Shown here: positions 1 through 7,537 of the stretch, one piece after another
How the letters are laid out: each line of letters opens with the position of its first letter
How positions within the stretch are numbered: position 1 is the stretch's first letter
Assembly: GCA_044376225.1 (NCBI GenBank)
Contig: JBILLF010000003.1
Location: 2,754 to 66,753 of the forward strand
Direction of reading: 5' to 3'
Source: Patescibacteria group bacterium
GTDB taxonomy: Bacteria > Bacteroidota > Ignavibacteria > Kapaibacteriales > Kapaibacteriaceae
Length of the DNA stretch: 64,000 nt
Position numbers and translations under genes: made by a program
The notes under the pieces: generated by a model
What the model saw: the letters and a program-made list of their open reading frames with translations, nothing else
Told to the model about the DNA's origin: nothing
Database searches by the model: none

Positions 1-1429
1 TCTTCGGTGAACGGCGGATGTCCTCGGCAGCAAAGCCCGCTGCGGAGGCTAATGGTAGCATGCGTAAAAGATCGTTGTCTTGTGTAAGGGGCCAGTGCTC
101 CTTCACGTAGAACGTACTGTAGTTGCCCGTCCGGAAGGGGGCTGAATCAAGAACAAGACGGCAGAACGGAATTGTCGTTTTAAAACCAACGACATGATAA
201 TCGTCAAGGGCTTCGATGGTGCGGTCAATACACTCCTGCCGCGTTGGAGCATGGACAATGAGCTTCGCAACCATAGGGTCGTAATGCACACTGACCTCGT
301 ACCCTTCGTAAAGTGCAGTATCGTTGCGGACGCCCTCGCCCGATGGCAACTGCATAAACGTCACCACGCCGGTGTCGGGCAGGAATTCATTGAAGACATC
401 CTCGGCGCACACCCGGCATTCGATGGCCGCCCCTTTGGGCTCAGCGATATCCTGTTGCGTGATCGTGAGAGGATGACCAGCGGCGATCTTGAGCTGCTGT
501 TCGACAAAGTCCACACCGCTGATCATTTCTGTCACCGGGTGCTCGACCTGAAGGCGGGTGTTGACTTCCATGAAGTAGAACTCACCACTGGCATCTAAAA
601 GGAACTCCAGAGTTCCAGCATTCGTGTAGTTGGCGGCTGTCACGAGGCGTGCAGCGGCCTCACCCATCGCCCGTCGGATCTCGGGAGTCACTGCTGTTGA
701 AGGAGACTCTTCGATAACCTTCTGATGACGGCGCTGCACCGAACACTCACGCTCTGGGAAGTACAACACATTTCCCAGATGATCGGCCAGGATCTGGATC
801 TCAATATGACGGGGCTGCACAATGTATCGTTCGATGAAGACGCGCTCGTCATTGAACGAAGCGAGTGCTTCATTCTGCGCCGAACGAAACGCCGATTCGA
901 TCTCGGACGGCTGTTCGACGATGCGCATGCCCTTGCCCCCTCCTCCAGCGGCCGCCTTGATGATAACGGGATAACCGATGCGATCAACGACGGCACGTGC
1001 TTCGTCAAAGGTCGCAACCGCGCCATCGCTTCCGGGAGAGACTGGCACTTGAGACCGAACCGCCAGATCACGAGCCGCCGTCTTATCACCAAGCATGGCG
1101 ATTGCCTCAGGGGTGGGGCCGATGAATGTCATGCCAGTCTGGGCAACCGCTCGCGCGAAGTCTGCATTCTCGCTCAGGAATCCATACCCGGGATGTATGG
1201 CGTCAGCACCGGATCTCCGGGCTGCATCCAGCACCTTTTCGATGACCAGATACGACTCACGGGGGGTAAATCCGCCGATAGCCACGGCATGGTCAGCAAA
1301 CCCGACGTGCGGTGAACGAAGGTCGGCATCAGAGTAAATGGCCACGGTCTCAATGCCGAGACGGCGGCATGTCTGCATCACCCGCAGGGCGATCTCGCCT
1401 CGATTGGCGATCAGAACGCGTTTGAACAT
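1..1429 (-). CDS. Biotin carboxylase / biotin-dependent carboxylase alpha subunit. The N-terminal 476 codons are in the window and the ORF runs off the left edge.
   Basis: My own reverse-strand translation starts at the ATG at 1427-1429: MFKRVLIANRGEIALRVMQTCRRLGIETVAIYSDADL. It contains the ATP-grasp loop GYPVIIKAAAGGGGKGM (about 930-980) and EFYFMEVNTRLQVEH (about 540-585). The frame stays open to position 2 (...LPLASAAGFAAEDIRRSPK). It is absent from the ORF track, apparently because it has no stop in the window. It is already longer than a stand-alone AccC, so it probably continues into further domains. Confidence 0.85.
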   Translation of the reverse strand, partial: MFKRVLIANRGEIALRVMQTCRRLGIETVAIYSDADLRSPHVGFADHAVAIGGFTPRESYLVIEKVLDAARRSGADAIHPGYGFLSENADFARAVAQTGMTFIGPTPEAIAMLGDKTAARDLAVRSQVPVSPGSDGAVATFDEARAVVDRIGYPVIIKAAAGGGGKGMRIVEQPSEIESAFRSAQNEALASFNDERVFIERYIVQPRHIEIQILADHLGNVLYFPERECSVQRRHQKVIEESPSTAVTPEIRRAMGEAAARLVTAANYTNAGTLEFLLDASGEFYFMEVNTRLQVEHPVTEMISGVDFVEQQLKIAAGHPLTITQQDIAEPKGAAIECRVCAEDVFNEFLPDTGVVTFMQLPSGEGVRNDTALYEGYEVSVHYDPMVAKLIVHAPTRQECIDRTIEALDDYHVVGFKTTIPFCRLVLDSAPFRTGNYSTFYVKEHWPLTQDNDLLRMLPLASAAGFAAEDIRRSPK

Positions 1430-1433
1430 GCGG

Positions 1434-1441
1434 CAAAGATA
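1434..1441 (-). promoter_or_regulatory. Candidate -7 promoter box TATCTTTG (Bacteroidetes-type TAnnTTTG), 4 nt upstream of the carboxylase ATG
   Basis: The minus strand reads GAAGCCGTATCTTTGCCGCATG. It matches the TAnnTTTG consensus and belongs to the recurrent CGTAWYTTTGCC box (see findings). Confidence 0.4.
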
Positions 1442-1468
1442 CGGCTTCGATCAACCACGACAGGACCC

Positions 1469-3874
1469 TTAACGGAATTCTACGATAGTGATCCCGTCGC
1501 CCCCTTCATGAATGGTTCCGAGGCGCAGCGAAGCGATGTGCGGATGCTCGTGCATGTACTCATGCACTGCCTTGCGCATTGCGCCAGTGCCCTTGCCATG
1601 GATGATCGTGGCATGGGACATCGTTCCGAGAATAGCACTGTTAACAAAATTCTCGAGGGCTCGCAAACCTTCATCGACGCGCATGCCGCGCAGATCTAGA
1701 TTGGTTGACGCATCGAGTTTGAGAAAGTCCACGGGAGTGCTTAGTGAGCGCTCACGGCGCCGTTCGGGAGCCTTCGTACCTTCGACCTGCGAGACGCTGA
1801 CAAGGGGCACATTGAAACGAATGCCATTGGCCTCAAGAGTTAGGGTGGTTCCTTTGGCATCTATGGCGATAACCGTTCCTCGGGTGGACGTTCCAGTGAT
1901 GACAACGTCGGCGCCGACATCTATTGCGGCTTTACTCGTCAACTCTGCTTCGGCTGGAGTCTCGCGGGCAGTGATCTGCGTGCGTGCCTCTTCAAAATCC
2001 GATTTAATGTCAGCAACTTTGCGCTGTTGCTCACGAATCTCGCGGATGGTATTCTCAACGAGTGCATTCGCCTTACGCAGGATCTCCTCGGCCTCCTGCC
2101 GGGCATCGGTCACAGCTGTACTGCGCTTTTTACGCACTTCAGCCAGACGTTCCTCGGCTTCCTGTCGCAAGCGCCGAGCTGCTTCGTAGTCACTGGCGGC
2201 GGCATTGCGGGTACGCTCGGCCTCGGCACGAAACTGCTGGATCGCGTTGATACTTGCTTCAAGTTCTGAGTGCCGATCGCCAAGGTAGCCGCGGGCCCGC
2301 TCAATGACCACATCAGGCAGTCCGACGGACGAGGCTAAAACGAAAGCATACGAATTGCCTGGTACGCCGTAGAGAAACGAAAATGTTGGCTGGAGCCTGG
2401 CGTCATCGAACTCGAGCGATGCGTTGGTGATTGATGGCCGGGTTAGCGCGTACTGCTTTAGCGACGACTGGTGAGTGGTGACGACGAAACATGCTCGGCG
2501 CTCAAGCAAAGAGTCGAGAATGCCGGCTGCTAGTGCTCCCCCTTCAGCAGGGTCTGTGCCGGCGCAGATCTCATCAATCAGCACGATGGCATCATGGTCG
2601 CAGTGGCTTAGGACATCACGAAGACGAATGATCTGTGACGAGAATGTCGAGAGGTTTGATTCGATACTCTGATGATCGCCGATTGCCGTCATCACCCTGC
2701 GCGGCCGCATTGAACACATACCCAGCGGAAAGATCCCGGACATGGTCATGACCAGCGACAGGCCGATGGTCTTCATTGCCACGGTCTTACCCCCGGCATT
2801 GGGTCCGGAGATCAGCACACCGCGTGAGGCGTCGTCGAATCGCACGCTAAGTGGTATAACGGTGCTCGGTGTCCCTCGCATCTGGATGGCCAGCAGTGGG
2901 TGGCGCACATTGATCATTTCGATCTGGTCGTCATCAACGATAACTGGCTTGATTCCACCGTACTCGGCGGCAAAGCCGGCCCGGGCCATAGTGGTATCAA
3001 CATGGGTCAGAACGTCAACCGCGCTAAGAATCTGATCGGCAACCGAGCCAACCTCGGCCGAGAGTGTCGTCAGGATCTTGATGATCTCGCGTTGCTCACG
3101 CCCCCTGAGGATCGCCAGCTCGTTGTTCATACCATACGTCTCGGCTGGCTCCATGAACACCGTCTGACCCGACTGTGACACGCCGTGGATGATACCCTCG
3201 ACCATTCGCTTACTCTCAACCCGCAGAGGCAAAACGAATCGGCCCTCGCGTTGGGTGATGAACTCGTCTTGCAGAACATCCTCTTCGCCGAATTTCTTGA
3301 GGATGCGCTGCAGTCGATGCCGAAGGCGTGCACTCAATTCGTGGATATCACGCCTGATCGATAGCAGCTCCCGGCTGGCTGCATCTCGCACCATGCCAGT
3401 ATCATCGATCGCATCCGTGATGTGTTTCTCGAGGAAACGATCATCAACAAGGGGCTGACACAGCTCATGCAGATTCGGACACACATTCTGACGGTCACGG
3501 AAATAGACCTTCAGCCGACGCGAAGTCTGCAGCGCTTCGAGAACGTTCAACAGGTCGGGCGCGCTGATGAAGTTCCCCTCAATACGACAGCGCGCAACCA
3601 GGTGACGAACGTCCTCAAACCGGTCAAGAGGAACGGTTTCGGCCGAAAGCACCAGGCGCAGGCATTCGTCAACACGCTCCAGTTCCCGACGCAAAACGTC
3701 GGAAGAATAGATCGGCATCAACGATCGTACAGCCTCGCTGCCTGAGGCCGTCATGCAGCGACGCGCGATCGTCTCCAGTACTCGAGCATAGTCGAGTTCA
3801 CCAAGAGCACGATCGAGCAGATCCTGCTCGGAAGTCAGTACTGGCCTAGTTGCCACTGAGATGCGCCTTGGCAA
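1469..3874 (-). CDS. mutS2: Endonuclease MutS2 (MutS domain V ATPase plus C-terminal Smr domain)
   Basis: 801-aa ORF with Walker A GPNAGGKTV, LIDEICAGTDP, and a C-terminal Smr-like LDLRGMRVDE...IIHGKGTGAMRKAVHEY. The ORF-track start is a TTG at 3874 that overlaps the yqeY stop, so the exact start is uncertain. Confidence 0.9.
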   Translation of the reverse strand: MPRRISVATRPVLTSEQDLLDRALGELDYARVLETIARRCMTASGSEAVRSLMPIYSSDVLRRELERVDECLRLVLSAETVPLDRFEDVRHLVARCRIEGNFISAPDLLNVLEALQTSRRLKVYFRDRQNVCPNLHELCQPLVDDRFLEKHITDAIDDTGMVRDAASRELLSIRRDIHELSARLRHRLQRILKKFGEEDVLQDEFITQREGRFVLPLRVESKRMVEGIIHGVSQSGQTVFMEPAETYGMNNELAILRGREQREIIKILTTLSAEVGSVADQILSAVDVLTHVDTTMARAGFAAEYGGIKPVIVDDDQIEMINVRHPLLAIQMRGTPSTVIPLSVRFDDASRGVLISGPNAGGKTVAMKTIGLSLVMTMSGIFPLGMCSMRPRRVMTAIGDHQSIESNLSTFSSQIIRLRDVLSHCDHDAIVLIDEICAGTDPAEGGALAAGILDSLLERRACFVVTTHQSSLKQYALTRPSITNASLEFDDARLQPTFSFLYGVPGNSYAFVLASSVGLPDVVIERARGYLGDRHSELEASINAIQQFRAEAERTRNAAASDYEAARRLRQEAEERLAEVRKKRSTAVTDARQEAEEILRKANALVENTIREIREQQRKVADIKSDFEEARTQITARETPAEAELTSKAAIDVGADVVITGTSTRGTVIAIDAKGTTLTLEANGIRFNVPLVSVSQVEGTKAPERRRERSLSTPVDFLKLDASTNLDLRGMRVDEGLRALENFVNSAILGTMSHATIIHGKGTGAMRKAVHEYMHEHPHIASLRLGTIHEGGDGITIVEFR

Positions 3875-4298
3875 CCTGCTGGATTACTCCCCCGTCCGCC
3901 TTTCCCTTGAGTGCCTTTGTGGCCGCCCCCATGAGCTTGCCGAAGTCTCCCGGCTGGGAGGCACCGATCTGCGAGGCTATCTCTACAACAGCTGCTTGGA
4001 TCTCCTCGTGAGAGAGCTGTGCTGGCAGAAACTCCATGATGATGTTCAACTCGGCACGTTCCTGCTCGGCGGCATCGTTACGTCCGACCGCATCATATTG
4101 TTCGATGGCGTCCTTACGCTTCTTAGCTGCCGAATTCAAGATCTTGAACTCGTCATCTGGCGTCATTTCACGCCCCGTACCGCTCTTTTCGAATTCAAGA
4201 ATTCCAGCTCGTAGCGAGCGCAGTGTCTCGAGGCGTAGCTTATCGCCCGACTTCATTGCCTGTTTGAGCTGTTCAGTGATAGTCTCTGTAAGTGTCAT
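3846..4298 (-). CDS. yqeY: GatB/YqeY domain protein
   Basis: ITEQLKQAMKSGDKLRLETLRSLRAGILEFEK... and ...ALKGKADGGVIQQVAKAHL are typical of the YqeY family. I prefer the ATG at 4296-4298 (MTLTETI) over the ORF-track start at 4358. Confidence 0.8.
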   Translation of the reverse strand: MTLTETITEQLKQAMKSGDKLRLETLRSLRAGILEFEKSGTGREMTPDDEFKILNSAAKKRKDAIEQYDAVGRNDAAEQERAELNIIMEFLPAQLSHEEIQAAVVEIASQIGASQPGDFGKLMGAATKALKGKADGGVIQQVAKAHLSGN

Positions 4299-4378
4299 TG
4301 GTATCGCAGTTTGCTTGTGAAAGAGTGTCAAAATACGGTCAGAAGCGCATTGGCCCAATCCGGCCGTGATGACGCCGG

Positions 4379-5068
4379 ATGGCTATCTTTGCACCCATGA
4401 TTAAAGCCGTGGTCTTCGACCTAGACAATACCCTCGTGGACTTCATGGGCATGAAGCGCCAGGCCGTGGATGCGGCCATCGCCGCCATGATGGACGCAGG
4501 GCTAAACCTGACCCATGATCAGGTGAAATCACATATTGACAAGATCTATCAGGAACTCGGAATCGAGTACCAACAGGTCTTCGACCGTCTGCTTACAGAC
4601 GTACTTGGATACGTTGATCCTCGCATCATCTCGGCCGGGATCATCGCCTATCGTCGCGCCCGCGAGGCTGCACTGAAGCCGTATCCACACGTAACAGCCA
4701 CACTGATGCAGCTCAACCGACGCGGCATCAAACTAGGTATCCTAAGCGACGCACCAACGCGCGAAGCATGGCTGAGGCTGTGCTTCATTAACTACCACCA
4801 CTTCTTTGACGTTGTGGTGACCTTTGACGATACCGGTGAGCGCAAGCCAAGCCCCTTGCCGTTTACGACGGTCCTTCAGCGTCTGGATGTTGCTCCCGAA
4901 CATGCTATCATGGTTGGCGACTGGGCTGAGCGCGATATGCGCGGGGCCCGCAATGTTGGAATGCGCACGGCTTTTGCCAAGTATGGGGATTCATTTGGCA
5001 ACCAGGATCTCAAGGACGTGGATTTTGTCCTCGATGACATTAAACAACTTCTCGATATCGTCGCATGA
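4379..5068 (+). CDS. HAD-superfamily hydrolase (phosphatase-like)
   Basis: HAD motifs are present: VVFDLDNTLVDF (DxDxT), GILSDAP, GERKPSP, MVGDWAERD. An alternative ATG lies at 4397. Confidence 0.75.
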   Translation: MAIFAPMIKAVVFDLDNTLVDFMGMKRQAVDAAIAAMMDAGLNLTHDQVKSHIDKIYQELGIEYQQVFDRLLTDVLGYVDPRIISAGIIAYRRAREAALKPYPHVTATLMQLNRRGIKLGILSDAPTREAWLRLCFINYHHFFDVVVTFDDTGERKPSPLPFTTVLQRLDVAPEHAIMVGDWAERDMRGARNVGMRTAFAKYGDSFGNQDLKDVDFVLDDIKQLLDIVA

Positions 5069-5613
5069 TCCTCCCGGTCTATACCTACAACCATCCGGTT
5101 CTCAAGCAGCGGACGGCATCGATTGAAGATATGTCAGATGATCTACGATCTCTGATCCACGATATGTTCGAGACCATGTACAAGGCCAACGGCATTGGTC
5201 TGGCAGCCAATCAGGTTGGTAAGGGGCTTTCCCTCACGGTGATCGATATCGCTGATCGTGATGAAGGAGAAGACCCTGGCCAGCTCGTACTGATCAATCC
5301 AATCATCGAGGCCTATTCCGACGACGAGGAAGAATTCGAGGAGGGATGCCTCTCTCTTCCCGACTACCGTGATACGGTTGTGCGGCCAAGTGCTGTCCAG
5401 GTCCGGTTCCTCGATGCCGATTTGAAGCCACGTGTGATGGAAGTAGACGGGCTCCTTGCTCGCGTGATGCAGCATGAGATCGACCACCTCAACGGCATTT
5501 ACTTCTTTGAGCGCCTCTCTCCTATCCGCCGAACCCTTGGTAACGGAAAGCTAAAGAGGATCTCCCGCGGCCAGTTCGACGCCGACTACCCGACCTTCAA
5601 CGGTCAGGGATAG
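5065..5613 (+). CDS. def: Peptide deformylase
   Basis: All three PDF motifs are present: GIGLAANQVG, EGCLSLP, QHEIDHLNG. There is an ATGA overlap with the upstream HAD gene. Confidence 0.95.
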   Translation: MILPVYTYNHPVLKQRTASIEDMSDDLRSLIHDMFETMYKANGIGLAANQVGKGLSLTVIDIADRDEGEDPGQLVLINPIIEAYSDDEEEFEEGCLSLPDYRDTVVRPSAVQVRFLDADLKPRVMEVDGLLARVMQHEIDHLNGIYFFERLSPIRRTLGNGKLKRISRGQFDADYPTFNGQG

Positions 5614-5661
5614 CACGATTTGTTCCATGCGGTGCACACGTCATGCAGGCGCACCCCTCAC

Positions 5662-5694
5662 AACCCAAAACCTAGAACCCAAAACCTGAAACCT
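5662..5694 (+). repeat. Short tandem A/C-rich repeat (AACCCAAAACCT twice at a 14-nt period, plus a partial AACCT) immediately upstream of the ALDH start codon
   Basis: Read directly: AACCCAAAACCT AG AACCCAAAACCT GA AACCT GA ATG. Confidence 0.7.
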
Positions 5695-5696
5695 GA

Positions 5697-7166
5697 ATGA
5701 ACAACTTCATCAACAACACCTGGCAACCGTCCGAGTCTGGACGCACATTCGACAATCTGAATCCGGCGAATGCGTCCGACGTGATTGGCGCGTTTCCGCT
5801 CTCATCAGCCGCAGACGTCGATGCAGCCGTGGCTGCGGCTGCCAAAGCCTTCGAGACGTGGCGCCTCGTGCCAGCGCCGAAGCGGGGTGACATCCTGCGT
5901 AGGGCTGGTGACATCTTTACCCGCCGCAAGGACGAGCTGGCTGAGATTATGACGCGAGAGATGGGCAAGACGGTTACGGAAACCAAGGGAGATATTCAGG
6001 AGGCCATTGACACGGCCTACTATGCGGCCACCGAGACGCGACGGCTCTTCGGCTACACGGCCCCGTCGGAGATGTCCAACAAGATGAATCTGTCATTCCG
6101 TATGCCCATTGGCGTTTGCGGCATCATTACCGCATGGAACTTCCCCATCGCCGTTCCGTCGTGGAAGATATTACCGGCACTTGCAGCCGGGAACACCGTT
6201 GTCTTTAAGCCGAGTGACGATTCACCGCACAGTGCGAACATCTTTGCCGAAATCCTTCTGGAAGCGGGTCTTCCGGCCGGTGTATTCAACGTCATCCACG
6301 GTGATGGCGAGGCAGGTTCGGCCATTGTAGAACATCCGGACGTGCGTGTTGTTGGATTTACCGGTTCAACACATACTGGCACTGCGATCGCTGCCCGCTG
6401 TGGTCAGCTGAACAAGAAAGTCTCCCTCGAAATGGGCGGTAAGAACGCGCAAATCGTCATGGAAGATGCCGATCTCGATCTAGCTCTTGATGGTGTTCTC
6501 TGGGGCGCATTCGGCACAACGGGTCAACGATGCACTGCAACGAGCCGCCTCATCCTGCACGAATCAATTCATGACGAGTTTGTGCAGCGACTGATCGAAG
6601 CGGCCTCGAGGATCGTCCTCGGTGACGGTCGGGTGGCCGAAACGCAGGTTGGTCCGGTTATCAATCAGCGCCAGTTGGACAAGATCCTCTCCTACATCGC
6701 AATCGGTAAAGAGGAAGCAACGTGCGTTGCCGGCGGCGAGCGGGACACAAACGGAATAAAGGCACAGGGCTATTTCGTAAAGCCCACCATCTTTACCAAC
6801 GTAGAGCCCCATCACCGGATCTTTCAAGAAGAGATCTTTGGACCAGTGCTCAGCATCGCCAAGGCTCGCTCGTTTGACGAGGCCATTACCATGGCCAATG
6901 ACTGCCAGTACGGCCTATCCTCAAGCATCTACACGCGGGATGTCAACCGCGCTTTTGCTGCCATCAGAGACATCGAGGCCGGCATCACATACATCAATGC
7001 ACCTACCATCGGTGCTGAAGCACACATGCCGTTTGGTGGGATCAAGGGCACCGGCAACGGACACCGTGAAGGGGGCTGGACGGTATTTGACATCTTCACG
7101 GAATGGAAGACCGTCTACGTTGACTACTCGGGTCACCTGCAGCGTGCGCAGATCGACAACTACTGA
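5697..7166 (+). CDS. NAD(P)+-dependent aldehyde dehydrogenase
   Basis: 489 aa with the ALDH glutamate motif [10 protein letters not shown], the catalytic cysteine motif [22 protein letters not shown] and EEIFGPV. Confidence 0.9.
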   Translation: MNNFINNTWQPSESGRTFDNLNPANASDVIGAFPLSSAADVDAAVAAAAKAFETWRLVPAPKRGDILRRAGDIFTRRKDELAEIMTREMGKTVTETKGDIQEAIDTAYYAATETRRLFGYTAPSEMSNKMNLSFRMPIGVCGIITAWNFPIAVPSWKILPALAAGNTVVFKPSDDSPHSANIFAEILLEAGLPAGVFNVIHGDGEAGSAIVEHPDVRVVGFTGSTHTGTAIAARCGQLNKKVSLEMGGKNAQIVMEDADLDLALDGVLWGAFGTTGQRCTATSRLILHESIHDEFVQRLIEAASRIVLGDGRVAETQVGPVINQRQLDKILSYIAIGKEEATCVAGGERDTNGIKAQGYFVKPTIFTNVEPHHRIFQEEIFGPVLSIAKARSFDEAITMANDCQYGLSSSIYTRDVNRAFAAIRDIEAGITYINAPTIGAEAHMPFGGIKGTGNGHREGGWTVFDIFTEWKTVYVDYSGHLQRAQIDNY

Positions 7167-7180
7167 GTTCTATCGCAAAC

Positions 7181-7537
7181 CTAGTTGCGCTGAGCGGTGA
7201 TCAGAGCTATGCCAGAAAGGACAAGCCCCATCCCAATGATGAGTGACAATGACGGACGGTCCGAACCGGAAATGAGTCCGAAACCGATCGTTAAAAGAAA
7301 CGTTGTTGCCGTGTTCAGTGGGATGAACAGCGAAACCTTCGTCAGCGACAACATGTGCGACATCACCAGAAACCCCAGAAAGAGCATCAAGGAGCCGGCC
7401 ATGCCGCGAAGGCTTAGCAGCGACATGACCGTACCGATCATGTTCTGATCCTTACCATGCAGAGCAGTGTGCAGCAAACCAATACCGCCAACGCTCAATG
7501 CTGACTGGACAAAGCTTAAAAGCACGATACGCATCAT
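7181..7537 (-). CDS. Small four-helix membrane protein (possibly an EamA/SMR-like DMT half-transporter)
   Basis: 118 aa with four hydrophobic segments. Its ATG overlaps the stop of the upstream DUF4175-like CDS (ATGA at 7534-7537). The family assignment is weak. Confidence 0.35.
   Translation of the reverse strand: MMRIVLLSFVQSALSVGGIGLLHTALHGKDQNMIGTVMSLLSLRGMAGSLMLFLGFLVMSHMLSLTKVSLFIPLNTATTFLLTIGFGLISGSDRPSLSLIIGMGLVLSGIALITAQRN

Noticed and set aside
194-1337. Plus-strand ORFs 194-598, 725-1315 and 1095-1337
   Set aside because: They lie antisense to a frame carrying textbook biotin carboxylase motifs (GGGGKGM, EVNTRLQVEH). Their translations have no recognisable motifs and an odd composition. 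They are shadow ORFs.
1512-3745. Several R/S/A-rich plus-strand ORFs inside mutS2 (e.g. 1512-2189, 225 aa)
   Set aside because: They are antisense shadows of a well-supported 801-aa MutS2 ORF. The Arg/Ser-rich low-complexity translations are typical of reverse frames in GC-moderate genes.
5662-5694. CRISPR-like or minisatellite array
   Set aside because: There are only two and a half copies of a 12-14 nt unit, with no spacers of CRISPR length. It is recorded as a short tandem repeat instead. No CRISPR array was seen anywhere in the window.
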